This document shows, one piece after another, positions 38,356-48,228 of a DNA stretch of 64,000 bases (position 1 is the first letter of the stretch; each line of letters opens with the position of its first letter). The notes under the pieces were generated by a model that saw only the letters and a list, made by a program, of their open reading frames with translations, had not been told where the DNA came from and ran no database searches. Source of the DNA: an uncultured Muribaculaceae bacterium (lineage in GTDB: Bacteria > Pseudomonadota > Alphaproteobacteria > Rs-D84); NCBI GenBank assembly GCA_964619545.1, contig CAZUED010000003.1, positions 163-64,162 on the forward strand, read 5' to 3'. The position numbers were made by a program, and so were the translations under genes.

Positions 38356-39048
38356 ATGAAAATAACGTCTTTATTTGATGTTCTTTCGCAGATTGGTAAA
38401 CCTGATTCAGGAAATCAAGATTATTTTTTTGCAAAACAAAGCTTTAATAGTTTCGACAGTTTTATAGTCGTAGGTGTTGGTCATAAATCAAGAATTTCCA
38501 ACATAGATAATTTCCGTACTTTTGATAATTATGTTTTAGATCATTTATATAAGTTTAACTTGGATTCATACGAATTAGTCGAAGAAATAGAAAAACATAA
38601 AATACATAAAAGAAGCATTTGTAAATCGCCAGAGAAAGAAGATACGTATTTCATGGGTGCGATAGAGGTTAAGGCTTTTAAGCAGCATCTTGAGATGGGA
38701 AATGGATTGTTAAGAAAATTCCCACAGATAGATAAAAAAATCATTCCTAATGGAATTGGTAAAAAATTTCATTTTTTTACGGATTTCCCAACTGATGATT
38801 ATTTAAGCGAAATGCCGTTCTTCCCAGGAATTGGGAAGGGTACTTTTGCATATTTTCAACCAGAAAACAAAGAAGAGTTACTTAATCAAATGCGCAATCT
38901 GGATGAATGGGTAGGGCGAAAGAAATCCATAACAGAAGAAGAGTTTGCATACGTAAAAAATTATAAAGAGTATTTGAATAAACGTGGCAAGAATTTACAA
39001 CAAAATGTAAATATGCCGGGAATGTTGGATGGACGTAGGGAAAAGTAA
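38356..39048 (+). CDS. hypothetical protein, AT-rich gene in a tRNA-flanked islet
   Basis: 230-aa Lys/Asn/Phe-rich ORF with no motif; lower GC than neighbours by eye. Confidence 0.5.
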   Translation: MKITSLFDVLSQIGKPDSGNQDYFFAKQSFNSFDSFIVVGVGHKSRISNIDNFRTFDNYVLDHLYKFNLDSYELVEEIEKHKIHKRSICKSPEKEDTYFMGAIEVKAFKQHLEMGNGLLRKFPQIDKKIIPNGIGKKFHFFTDFPTDDYLSEMPFFPGIGKGTFAYFQPENKEELLNQMRNLDEWVGRKKSITEEEFAYVKNYKEYLNKRGKNLQQNVNMPGMLDGRREK

Positions 39049-39114
39049 GATTGGACTTTTATATATTTTCCTTGAAAATCTAAATTTTGGATGCTAGGCT
39101 TGCAAAGCTTCGAC

Positions 39115-39191
39115 GGCGGATGTAGCTCAGTTGGTAGAGCGCCGGTTTGTGGTACCGGTTGTCGCGGGTTCGAACCCCGTCATTCGCCCCA
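39115..39191 (+). tRNA. tRNA-His (GTG) with G-1
   Basis: g-gcggatgtagctcagttggtagagcgccggtttGTGgtaccgg...ggttcgaaccccgtcattcgcccca. Confidence 0.85.
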
Positions 39192-39198
39192 TTATTAA

Positions 39199-39236
39199 AA
39201 AAAACCGCCGCAATTCGCGGCGGTTTTTATTTTTTA
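39199..39236 (+). terminator. rho-independent terminator
   Basis: aaaaaaccgccgcaattcgcggcggttttt; near-identical copy at 39603. Confidence 0.75.
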
Positions 39237-39311
39237 CTAGATTTATCATATTTCAAGGGTTAATATGCTCGACCCAATAATTATAAGAAATAAAAAATAA
39301 AAGAGATAGAA

Positions 39312-39587
39312 ATGGCAAAAAATAAAAAAATAGATGGTTTTCGTATGCTTGTGTTAAAGAATGGACTTATAGATTTTAGTTCTACAATGAGTTTTATTTG
39401 TTTAAATTGTTCAAAGGGACAATGCGCAGGTGAATGTGAAAAAATAAAAGAGATTAAAAAAATTGAAGATATTAAAATTCAAGAAAATGATGAATTGAGT
39501 AAGGGCGATATTATATTTGATAATAGTGGTCGACTTATGAGTGTTATGAATAAGCTTTTAAATGAAAAATTACAAAATCAAAAGTAA
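39312..39587 (+). CDS. small hypothetical protein (91 aa) with a CxxC...CxxxC cluster
   Basis: ORF with RBS, AT-rich; flanked by two near-identical terminators. Confidence 0.4.
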   Translation: MAKNKKIDGFRMLVLKNGLIDFSSTMSFICLNCSKGQCAGECEKIKEIKKIEDIKIQENDELSKGDIIFDNSGRLMSVMNKLLNEKLQNQK

Positions 39588-39602
39588 TAAATAACAGCTA
39601 TT

Positions 39603-39636
39603 AAAAAACCGCCGCAATCCGCGGCGGTTTTTATTT
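39603..39636. terminator. bidirectional rho-independent terminator between the small ORF and ispA
   Basis: aaaaaccgccgcaatccgcggcggttttt. Confidence 0.75.
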
Positions 39637-40519
39637 ATGACTCTCGGGTAATCATATAATCCATCAACTCTCGCAAATCGTCTGCGCGGTTATCAAAAAT
39701 GCTTAAGGCTGACTTTGCATCAACCGCAAATTGCCGGGCGTACTTTCTTGCGCCGTCCAATCCGTACAGCGAAATGTATGTTGCTTTGCCCGCCGCATCA
39801 TCTTTGCGCAAAGTTTTACCCACCTTTGATTCGTCGCCAATTGCGTCCAGAATGTCATCGGTAATCTGAAAGCACAATCCCATTGCGTCGGTGAATTTCT
39901 TTAATGCTGCGCGCTGCACATCACTTGCATTTCCCAATGTTGCACCAAACATGGTGCAAGCGTTAAAGATACAACCTGTTTTCAATGATTGAATTTCATT
40001 TACTTCTTCCAATGTTTGAAAGCTTCCCGTTTCAGCCTGAACATCCATCCATTCACCTAACAGCATTCCTTCGGTCATTTGCGAAAGTATACGGGCAAGT
40101 TCCATCCGAGTTTTAAAATTATCAGAAATCTTTTCATCAGTTGCCAGGATAAAGTAAGGACGATTTAACAAATAATCGCCGCCCAGCATTCCATCACACT
40201 CTCCGAATTTAGCCCAAGCAGATGCGCGCCCACGGCGCAGCCGGTCATTATCAATGCAAGGCATATCATCGTGTATTAATGAAAAGTTATGCACCATTTC
40301 AATGCATGCACCAGCCCGCAATGCAGGTTCATAATCAACACCAAACAATTTTGCAGATTGAATACACAAGAAAGTACGCAAACGTTTACCAGCGTCCAAT
40401 GCGGAATAGCGCGCGACATTAGCGGGCGCACCAGTCCAATCGGCACGAGAACTTGGAATCATTTCATCCAATACTTTATCAACATCATTTGCTATGCGTG
40501 AAAGTTCGGTTTTAAGCAT
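39635..40519 (-). CDS. ispA: polyprenyl (farnesyl/geranyl) diphosphate synthase
   Basis: First Asp-rich motif LIHDDMPCIDNDRLRRG; second motif FQITDDILD. Confidence 0.9.
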   Translation of the reverse strand: MLKTELSRIANDVDKVLDEMIPSSRADWTGAPANVARYSALDAGKRLRTFLCIQSAKLFGVDYEPALRAGACIEMVHNFSLIHDDMPCIDNDRLRRGRASAWAKFGECDGMLGGDYLLNRPYFILATDEKISDNFKTRMELARILSQMTEGMLLGEWMDVQAETGSFQTLEEVNEIQSLKTGCIFNACTMFGATLGNASDVQRAALKKFTDAMGLCFQITDDILDAIGDESKVGKTLRKDDAAGKATYISLYGLDGARKYARQFAVDAKSALSIFDNRADDLRELMDYMITRES

Positions 40520-40536
40520 TTGCCCCCCCTATAATT

Positions 40537-41595
40537 TTAATTCCATCCAAATACTCGTGCAAAATCATTCCACATCGTGAATGCGAACAAAGCCATTATT
40601 AAAATCCAGCCAAATAAAATCACAAAGTCCATACCGCGACCTTGCAATTTTTTACGAATCACACCCTCGACCCCCAGAATTAAAAGATAGCCACCATCCA
40701 AAACCGGCAAAGGCAACAGATTGATGATTGCCAAGTTAACCGACAAAAGTCCGATTATTGACAGCAATGCGAAAATGCCAGAGCTCATGGCTTTGCCGCT
40801 GACCTCGGCAATAGTAATAAAGCTGCCCAATTGTTTGGAAGAACGTTCGCCAGTTATTATTTGCTTTAATACACGGACAAGGGTTTTGCTTTGCACCCAT
40901 GTTTCGCGTGCGCCGCTGTATGCGGCCTGGAAAATGTTTTTCTTTTGTAATTCAGATCTTGTTCCATCCGCGACCAAACCCCATCTGTCACCCGGTGCAA
41001 TTTTAACCTGGACCAGTGATTCGCCGCGAATCAAGACTACATCCGCATCGCGTTTACCAGCCAGTTCTTTACCTAAAATAATTTCACCCCAGTTGGTAAT
41101 TTTCGCACCATCAATTCTTGCAATAGTATCACCTGCACGCACGCCTGCAATAAATGCAGGGCTGCCCTGGATAACCTGACCAACAACTGGCAATTGTACC
41201 ATACGTGGTTTTGCTGCAAACATTGCCGTATAAATTCCCCATGCCAGAAGGAAATTCATGATAACGCCGGCCGCAACAATCAATGCTTGTTTCCAAGCTG
41301 GGACAGAAAGGTAATGACCTTTCTTTTTTGCGGCGGAAAGTTTGGCGTATTTTTTACGATCAAACATATCTTCTTGGCCATATGCCGCGCAATACCCACC
41401 AAGTGGCAAAACAGAAATTTTCCACAATGTGCCATGCTTGTCATGCCATTTAATCAGTGCAGGTCCGAATCCGATAGAAAAAGTATTAACACGAACACCC
41501 GCCCAGCGCGCGGCCAGAAAGTGTCCCAGCTCGTGAATAAATACCACGACACCCAGAACAATCAATAAAGCAATAATCATTAAAAAAATATTCAT
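40537..41595 (-). CDS. rseP: RIP site-2 zinc metalloprotease
   Basis: HELGHFLAAR HExxH in TM1; PDZ region; C-terminal TM segments. Confidence 0.9.
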   Translation of the reverse strand: MNIFLMIIALLIVLGVVVFIHELGHFLAARWAGVRVNTFSIGFGPALIKWHDKHGTLWKISVLPLGGYCAAYGQEDMFDRKKYAKLSAAKKKGHYLSVPAWKQALIVAAGVIMNFLLAWGIYTAMFAAKPRMVQLPVVGQVIQGSPAFIAGVRAGDTIARIDGAKITNWGEIILGKELAGKRDADVVLIRGESLVQVKIAPGDRWGLVADGTRSELQKKNIFQAAYSGARETWVQSKTLVRVLKQIITGERSSKQLGSFITIAEVSGKAMSSGIFALLSIIGLLSVNLAIINLLPLPVLDGGYLLILGVEGVIRKKLQGRGMDFVILFGWILIMALFAFTMWNDFARVFGWN

Positions 41596-41617
41596 TAAAT
41601 TTTTCCTTACTTATTAT

Positions 41618-42247
41618 TTACAGCATAACCAACCAGACCAATGGCAAAACCAAAATCCAGCCATCAAAGCGATCTATAAATCCACCATGTCCCGGCAGAG
41701 ATTTTCCAAAATCATCAATGCCAATTTTACGTTTCAAAGTACTGGCAATCATTCCTCCGTATTGTGACAGCAAGGAAATTGAAATTCCAATCCACATCAG
41801 CTGGGGCATAAAAGTATCTGTTCCCAGCAAACCATAAAGTACTGCAGCGGCTGTTCCGCATGCGATACCTGCGATTTGTCCGGACCATGTTTTGTTCGGA
41901 GAAACTTTTGGCCACATTTTATCACCGCCTATTTTGCGTCCAAAAAACCAAGCACCTATGTCAGCTGCAGATATAATCAACAACAGCAGTAAAATTATCC
42001 AAGGCCGAGTACCCACAAAATAAGCACTGACACCAACCAAAATCAGCCAAGCGCCAAATGCTACGCGCAATGTGCACAACTTTTTATCCTTTATCTTCAG
42101 CATCATGGTTTCAAGAATCATAATTGCAACAACCAATGGCGCCAAATAACGTACAACAGGAATTCCATAGTGTTCGGCAATCCCCGCGCCCAATGCAGCC
42201 AAGAACATTGCACCGCCGGTTAAAATTCTTTTCAAGGTATTAGTCAT
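41618..42247 (-). CDS. cdsA: phosphatidate cytidylyltransferase
   Basis: Multi-TM protein with the C-terminal CdsA signature SxLKRxxGxKDxGxxxPGHGGxxDRxD (STLKRKIGIDDFGKSLPGHGGFIDRFD). Confidence 0.9.
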   Translation of the reverse strand: MTNTLKRILTGGAMFLAALGAGIAEHYGIPVVRYLAPLVVAIMILETMMLKIKDKKLCTLRVAFGAWLILVGVSAYFVGTRPWIILLLLLIISAADIGAWFFGRKIGGDKMWPKVSPNKTWSGQIAGIACGTAAAVLYGLLGTDTFMPQLMWIGISISLLSQYGGMIASTLKRKIGIDDFGKSLPGHGGFIDRFDGWILVLPLVWLVML

Positions 42248-42259
42248 TATATTTTCTCC

Positions 42260-42958
42260 TTATTTTCCAAATCTTCTTTGTCTGTCAGAGTATTCATCCA
42301 GCATTTTCTGAAAATCGCGTTTACCCAGTGCAGGCCAGTATTTTGGATAAAACATCAGCTCGGCATATGCCAGCTTCCACAGCATGAAATTAGAAATGCG
42401 TTGTTCATGACTGGTTCGGACAACCAAATCAATTGGCAATAATTCGCCCGAATCCATAAAACACTCCAAGTCATCTATATTAACAGAATTTCCATCAGCA
42501 ATCGCAGCATTCACAGCGCGTAAAATTTCGTCTTGGCCACCATAATCCAGTGCCATTACGATTGTGCCTGCTGTATTTTCAGATGTTTGTTTTTCTATTT
42601 TCTCAAAAATTTTGATGACTTTCGCAGAAAACCTGTCACGACGCCCTATAATTTTGACACGAATGTTTTTTTTATCAGCGCGGTCCGCATGCTGCTGCAA
42701 TTCTGCCGCTAGTAAATTCATCAAGTATTCTACTTCATTTTTTGGGCGCAGCCAATTTTCCGTAGAAAATAAAAAATAGCTGACCGTTGAAACGCCGCAT
42801 CCAATAAAAAACTCGGCCGACTTATCAACAATGTCAGCGCCCACTTTATATCCTGCAACAGCTGGTATTCCGCGATGCTTTGCCCAGCGGCGATTACCAT
42901 CGCATATAAACGCGATATGCTGTGGTATTTTGAGTTTTTTCTTTTTTATAAAAAACAT
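42260..42958 (-). CDS. uppS: undecaprenyl diphosphate synthase
   Basis: HIAFICDGNRRWA signature. Confidence 0.9.
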   Translation of the reverse strand: MFFIKKKKLKIPQHIAFICDGNRRWAKHRGIPAVAGYKVGADIVDKSAEFFIGCGVSTVSYFLFSTENWLRPKNEVEYLMNLLAAELQQHADRADKKNIRVKIIGRRDRFSAKVIKIFEKIEKQTSENTAGTIVMALDYGGQDEILRAVNAAIADGNSVNIDDLECFMDSGELLPIDLVVRTSHEQRISNFMLWKLAYAELMFYPKYWPALGKRDFQKMLDEYSDRQRRFGK

Positions 42959-43057
42959 GAACTTTCCTTACTCCGGCAATTTTATATTGTCAAATGGCAA
43001 AAAACAAGTTCTTTTAATCCTTGAAAAGCAAACTATAAATTGCTAGATTGCACAGCG

Positions 43058-45364
43058 ATGAAAAAACCATTATTTGTTATTCTGGGTATATTATCCTTTA
43101 TACCTGTATCTCACGCTGAAATAATTTCGCGGGTGGATGTCGTCGGCAATCGCCGAATGGACGCAGAATCCGTGCGATTACTTGCCGATGTCAAGACTGG
43201 TCAGAACTTGACCACCGAGGGCGTAAATCAGGCTGTAAAGCGTCTGCAGCAGTCTGGCTATTTTTCCAGTGTTCGTGCGCAAATAGATAATGGAGTTCTT
43301 AAAATAAATGTATCGGAATCACCAACTATAGACAAAGTAACAATCGAGGGTAATGACGATATTTCAACAGATGATTTACGAAAAGAACTGCGATTGAAAG
43401 AGCGTGGCACATTCGATGAATCGGTAATTGGCGCAGATGTTCAACGGATTTTGATGGTCTATCAACGTAAGGGATTTTTCGGAACACGTGTAAATCCACA
43501 AAAAATAGAGCAGGCTGATGGCCGCGTAAATGTTGTCTATGAAATTACCGAGGGGCATCCGACTTATGTGAAAGAAATTGATTTTAATGGGAATAAAAAG
43601 TTTTCATCAAGAACACTAAGGGGTGAGTTGCTATCGCGTGAGCATGCTTGGTGGCGCTTTATGTCACAATTTGATGTGTATGACGAAGATCGGATTCAAT
43701 ACGATGCCCAGTTGTTGCGGCAGTTTTACATGCGTAATGGATTTGCCGATGTTCAAGTTAAAATAGCAAGGGGGGCATTTACACCAGATCGTCAGTATTA
43801 TTCTGTTGTTTTCCAAGTAGAAGAGGGTGCGCGTTACAAGGTTGGAACACTGAAAATAGAAAATCCGTTCAAAGATGTTGATAACGAAGATTTGTATGAT
43901 GCATTGAAAATTGGCAAAGGTGACATTTATAATGTTGATCAGGTCGAGGCAACTATCGCTGCATTACGTGGTGTTGTTGCGGGCAGTGGATACTCTTTCA
44001 TAAACGTTGATGTTGTGCCAGAAAAAGATGATTTTGCGCGGACAATTTCTATGACTTTCAAGATTCAGAAAACGAATCGAATTTATTTGGACAGCATAAA
44101 CATACTGGGAAATGTCCGAACATTTGACAGCGTCATAGATCAACAGCTGGGTATTCGTGCAGGCGACCCGTTTTCATTACAGGAAATAGAGGCTGGTCGC
44201 CAAAGAATGATGCGTTCTCGTTATTATAAAGACGTCCAGATGATTCCATCACGCGTTGCAGATGCAAACTTGATGAATTTGGATGTTCAGATTGAAGAAC
44301 AGCCGACCGGTGAATTATCCGGCGGAGTTGGTTGGTCCAGCATCAATGGCTTTATGGTTGATGCAGGAATTACTGAAACTAACTTTATGGGTCGTGGTCA
44401 GATAGTTCAGTTAAAGGGAAGTCTTGCGCAATATACAAAACAAGCCACTTTTAGCTTTACCGAGCCATATCTATTTGGGCGTGAACTTTCCGCCGGATTT
44501 GATGTAAATTACACGGTTTATAATTATGGTAAATTGGGCAGCTATGGATACGATCGGGACAGCATCAGTGTAGCTGGAAGACTGGGGTGGAAACTGACAG
44601 ATCACTGGACCCAGGGATTGCGTTTGTCTGCAATGTATGATCAGAACTATGATTTGCATGCAACCAATGGTTGGCAACAAGCAAATCTGTATACTTTGGG
44701 GACAAATTTCAAGTATCAAAATTTGGATACGGATTTTACGCAAAATACTCATACTGGTGTGGTTGCAAATTTGGGAGTTGCTTATACTGGATTTGGTATC
44801 AGTACAGAACCATTTATGCGATATAACGGCGACATTACTGGTCTGTTGAATTTCTTTGATAACAGGTGGCAGTTAAAATCAAGTTTGGAATTTGGATATG
44901 TTCAACCACTGGATGGCGATTATATCAGTCGCGTGTATCGTTATTTCTTGGGCGGTGAATCTTTACGTGGTTTCCAAATTGCCGGGATGGGTTCCAGAAA
45001 TTGGGCTTATCAGAATTATGCGCTGGGTGGATTATGGAAGGCAAATGGCAGTACCCAATTAAATTTCCCGGTATTTATTCCTGATGAATACCAGGTTAAG
45101 GGTTTTGTCTTTGCGGACTATGGTATGGTTGGCAAGCCACCAAAAGATGAGTATAAATACCGTCCAACAATAGGGTATTCCTGTCCAGCATCAAACCCAG
45201 GATGTGATAACTTTATCGATCAGGATTTACGCACTAGCGTTGGTGTTGGCGTGTATTGGAATACACCGATGGGGCCGATGAATTTTTCATGGGGTTGGCC
45301 GCTGAAGCTGAATGAATACGACCGAGAACAAAGATTTTTGCTATCATTTGAAACTCAGTTTTAA
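43058..45364 (+). CDS. bamA: outer membrane protein assembly factor BamA
   Basis: Signal peptide, POTRA repeats and a C-terminal Omp85 barrel; position after uppS-cdsA-rseP. Confidence 0.9.
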   Translation: MKKPLFVILGILSFIPVSHAEIISRVDVVGNRRMDAESVRLLADVKTGQNLTTEGVNQAVKRLQQSGYFSSVRAQIDNGVLKINVSESPTIDKVTIEGNDDISTDDLRKELRLKERGTFDESVIGADVQRILMVYQRKGFFGTRVNPQKIEQADGRVNVVYEITEGHPTYVKEIDFNGNKKFSSRTLRGELLSREHAWWRFMSQFDVYDEDRIQYDAQLLRQFYMRNGFADVQVKIARGAFTPDRQYYSVVFQVEEGARYKVGTLKIENPFKDVDNEDLYDALKIGKGDIYNVDQVEATIAALRGVVAGSGYSFINVDVVPEKDDFARTISMTFKIQKTNRIYLDSINILGNVRTFDSVIDQQLGIRAGDPFSLQEIEAGRQRMMRSRYYKDVQMIPSRVADANLMNLDVQIEEQPTGELSGGVGWSSINGFMVDAGITETNFMGRGQIVQLKGSLAQYTKQATFSFTEPYLFGRELSAGFDVNYTVYNYGKLGSYGYDRDSISVAGRLGWKLTDHWTQGLRLSAMYDQNYDLHATNGWQQANLYTLGTNFKYQNLDTDFTQNTHTGVVANLGVAYTGFGISTEPFMRYNGDITGLLNFFDNRWQLKSSLEFGYVQPLDGDYISRVYRYFLGGESLRGFQIAGMGSRNWAYQNYALGGLWKANGSTQLNFPVFIPDEYQVKGFVFADYGMVGKPPKDEYKYRPTIGYSCPASNPGCDNFIDQDLRTSVGVGVYWNTPMGPMNFSWGWPLKLNEYDREQRFLLSFETQF

Positions 45365-45423
45365 GCTTGACTATCCGCGTTAAAATTCTTTATAATTTTT
45401 GATGAAAAGATAAAGGTGGGAAG

Positions 45424-45570
45424 ATGAAAAAAATTCTTTTGGGTTTGTTGGTTGTTTTCGCATTGGCTGGATGCGGGCAAGTTTATGATCGTGAACCAGT
45501 TGGTGTCGGATTTGACAATAATGAATTAAAATTATCTCCTTGCGCATGCATGCAGGTCTATCGCGCATAA
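45424..45570 (+). CDS. small lipoprotein (48 aa), candidate VirB7-like
   Basis: MKKILLGLLVVFALAGCGQ..., lipobox LAGC. First gene of a four-gene membrane/secreted operon. Read manually; overlaps a spurious minus-strand ORF in the track. Confidence 0.4.
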   Translation: MKKILLGLLVVFALAGCGQVYDREPVGVGFDNNELKLSPCACMQVYRA

Positions 45571-45582
45571 AGGCGCGAACTG

Positions 45583-46275
45583 GTGAGCGTCATGGATTTT
45601 CCGGCAGATTATGATACAAAGATGTTTCCGGAAACACGCTACCTTGGGATGGCGCGGGCTTTTGCGATTTGGTCCGCGATTTTGTTTTTATTAATTGCTG
45701 GACTTTCTTGGGCATTGGTTTGGACGATGCGTGCCAGCAGGGTAGAACCTGTTTTGGTTTCAATTTCTGCCGATGGTGCAACTTGGACGGCAGTATTGGA
45801 CGGAACAGGTCGCTTAAATTATTCTGTATCGCGCGCAATGCAAGAGGCAACAGTCGGAAAATTCACAAAACTTTGGTTCAGTATTTCGCGTGATGCAAAA
45901 GAAAATGAATCTAACTGGTGTCAATGCGAACAAACAAAATGTTGGGATGACGATGCGGCTGCGCCGCAGTGCAAAGTTTGTTGCGCTTCGGGCACCAGTT
46001 TATTTTCTAATTTCTTACAAGTTGTGAATGGTGACTTTCGTGAGCGGGCCGCGGCCGGCGAAGAATGGTCGATTGTTTCTGATTCGATTCGTGCAACACC
46101 TGTGGGTGAAATCTCTGACAATGGTGGATTATGGCGTGTTACTGCCAGTGTGAAAATGGGCGCGGGTCGGACGCAAAAGATAGAGGCGTTTGCACGTATC
46201 ATCAAAGCATCCGAAGGCTATCCATCAACAATGGGTTATTATGTCGCAGATTTTCATGCATATCCCGGGGAATAA
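45583..46275 (+). CDS. bitopic membrane protein with a Cys-cluster periplasmic domain (VirB8-like topology)
   Basis: Short cytoplasmic N-terminus, one TM (AFAIWSAILFLLIAGLSWALVW), a ~180-aa C-terminal domain and a CQCEQTKCWDD...CKVCC cluster. Confidence 0.5.
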   Translation: MSVMDFPADYDTKMFPETRYLGMARAFAIWSAILFLLIAGLSWALVWTMRASRVEPVLVSISADGATWTAVLDGTGRLNYSVSRAMQEATVGKFTKLWFSISRDAKENESNWCQCEQTKCWDDDAAAPQCKVCCASGTSLFSNFLQVVNGDFRERAAAGEEWSIVSDSIRATPVGEISDNGGLWRVTASVKMGAGRTQKIEAFARIIKASEGYPSTMGYYVADFHAYPGE

Positions 46276-46283
46276 AAAATTAA

Positions 46284-46934
46284 ATGAAAACACTAGTATC
46301 ATTTTTTTTCGGAATTATTTTGATGGCTTTGGTCTTGGCTATTGCACTAACGGGCGGCAAGTCATTTGATGCCAGTCGAAATTTTTCTATAAATTCTGTA
46401 ATTTTTCAGCCTGCGGATTTATCGCGAGATCGGATTGAAAAGCCAATACCACTGGATGTTTTATCAGACGAGTTTGTGCGCGACAGCCTGATAAAAAAAT
46501 TTGTGAACGAGTATTTTTACATAGCGCCAGATAGCTTTGATATGGCGCGTCGTAGAAGAACAGACAGCACACTTGCAAGAATGTCCGATCCCGCAGTATT
46601 TGATCAATGGAATGAAAAGTTTGCCGAAGATATGGAAAATCTGGCAGATCAAAATGTAATGCGTCGGGTTATTGTAAATAGCATTAATCTGCCAGCTAAC
46701 AGCGAGTATTTCCAAGTGTCATATGACTTGCTGACATGGGATGTTGCGAACGACATCACTCGTCAGCCATTAATCCAAAAAAACAAATCAATGTCTGTTC
46801 GATTGGATTTCGAAAAAGGGGTTCGGCAACAGCAAACAAACGGCGCACGTTTTGATGTAAAAAAATATTTGGTTGATGGTGGTGATCCTGCTACAATTTT
46901 CAGATTCCGAGTGTTGGAAGTAGTTGTGAAATAA
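46284..46934 (+). CDS. bitopic membrane protein (VirB8/DotI-like size and topology)
   Basis: N-terminal TM (LVSFFFGIILMALVLAIALTG) and a ~190-aa periplasmic domain; 216 aa. Confidence 0.5.
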   Translation: MKTLVSFFFGIILMALVLAIALTGGKSFDASRNFSINSVIFQPADLSRDRIEKPIPLDVLSDEFVRDSLIKKFVNEYFYIAPDSFDMARRRRTDSTLARMSDPAVFDQWNEKFAEDMENLADQNVMRRVIVNSINLPANSEYFQVSYDLLTWDVANDITRQPLIQKNKSMSVRLDFEKGVRQQQTNGARFDVKKYLVDGGDPATIFRFRVLEVVVK

Positions 46935-46944
46935 GGGATAAATA

Positions 46945-47805
46945 ATGATGGTTGAAGTAAAAATACTTTTTAGAAAATTAATTAAATCGCTGGTGATAAT
47001 TGGTGTTGCCTTCATCCTTAATCCCTCATCCTTCATCCTTTCTGCGCAAGCTGCGGAAGAGGCGGATCCATTCATAATAAATGCGGCGCTGGGCGAAGAT
47101 GCGAAATTGCCAGATGCAAAAATTTCCGCACCCGAGCCAGTTCAGTTTGATACAGCGCCATTACCACTTAATGATGGCGCAGGCTTTTATGATGTTTCTG
47201 ACTTTGACATTTCGGGCATATATTTGGGTATGCCTTTCGAGGATGTTCAAACTTTGTTTTTCAAAAGCCATTCTCTTTATACGCCACTGAAAAATAATTC
47301 TATAATTTATACATTGGCAGGTGATTGGCGTATTAATTTGGACTATGAATGTCGCCAGCAAGGTATAGTTGTTCCAGCTGGTTTGGAAAATTGCATTTTG
47401 TCTGCGGCGCGAAAACGCGGATTGTTGTACCCGGCCCAGCTTCGTCTGATACGTGAATCCACTGGTGAAACGATAGACATTTATTTTACTAGCAATGCTA
47501 CAGATAACGTGGTTTGGCGGGTAGTATATAAAAATGATGTAAATGATTTAGAAGGCGCGGCAGAAAAGTTTTCGCGTCAACGGGATAATAAAATTTTGTC
47601 TTTTTGGCAGGATGTTGTCGATAAATACGGCCAGCCAAACAGCGGAAATGATAAATGGGCATCCAGTGATAATTCTTTTGATCCGATGCTGACGGCATAC
47701 TATGGCATGCTGGATTTGACCGACCAAGGCTTGATGGCGTCTGATGCAGCAAAGAATGTATCCGATGCGCGTGAAAATTTCCGGGCAAAACCTTATGCGT
47801 TCTAA
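46945..47805 (+). CDS. hypothetical secreted protein
   Basis: Signal peptide ...VIIGVAFILNPSSFILSAQA; no motif. Confidence 0.5.
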   Translation: MMVEVKILFRKLIKSLVIIGVAFILNPSSFILSAQAAEEADPFIINAALGEDAKLPDAKISAPEPVQFDTAPLPLNDGAGFYDVSDFDISGIYLGMPFEDVQTLFFKSHSLYTPLKNNSIIYTLAGDWRINLDYECRQQGIVVPAGLENCILSAARKRGLLYPAQLRLIRESTGETIDIYFTSNATDNVVWRVVYKNDVNDLEGAAEKFSRQRDNKILSFWQDVVDKYGQPNSGNDKWASSDNSFDPMLTAYYGMLDLTDQGLMASDAAKNVSDARENFRAKPYAF

Positions 47806-48145
47806 AAACACTTATCGCGCGGGACTTTTTGCTGAGTTTTTGGCACGAGTTTATTTGCGTATTCATGGATTCAGTATTGTAAAATCCAGATACATAACGG
47901 GTCAACATACCAAACGTGCAGAAATTGATATAATTGCAATACGCGGAAATTTAATTGCGTTTATAGAGGTTAAAAATCGACCAAATGTCCGCACTGCATT
48001 TGATGCGATCGGTCATACCCAGGCGTTAAGGTTGCGACGTGCCGCCGAAACATGGATTGCAAAAAATCGTTGGCATGGTGATGCCAGATTTGATGTAATA
48101 GTTGTAACCCGTTTACATATTCGGTGGTTTAAAAACGCTTTGTAA
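47795..48145 (+). CDS. yraN: YraN/UPF0102-family endonuclease
   Basis: GLFAEFLARVYLRIHGFSIV...RAEIDIIAIRGNLIAFIEVKNR, typical YraN; overlaps the previous stop. Confidence 0.8.
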   Translation: MRSKNTYRAGLFAEFLARVYLRIHGFSIVKSRYITGQHTKRAEIDIIAIRGNLIAFIEVKNRPNVRTAFDAIGHTQALRLRRAAETWIAKNRWHGDARFDVIVVTRLHIRWFKNAL

Positions 48146-48228
48146 AATAAAATTTACATAATGGGTTTTTTAGTTTATAATTGCCCTGTTCTGCCAAGGC
48201 AGTTCTAAACCAATAAAGGAGAAAATAA

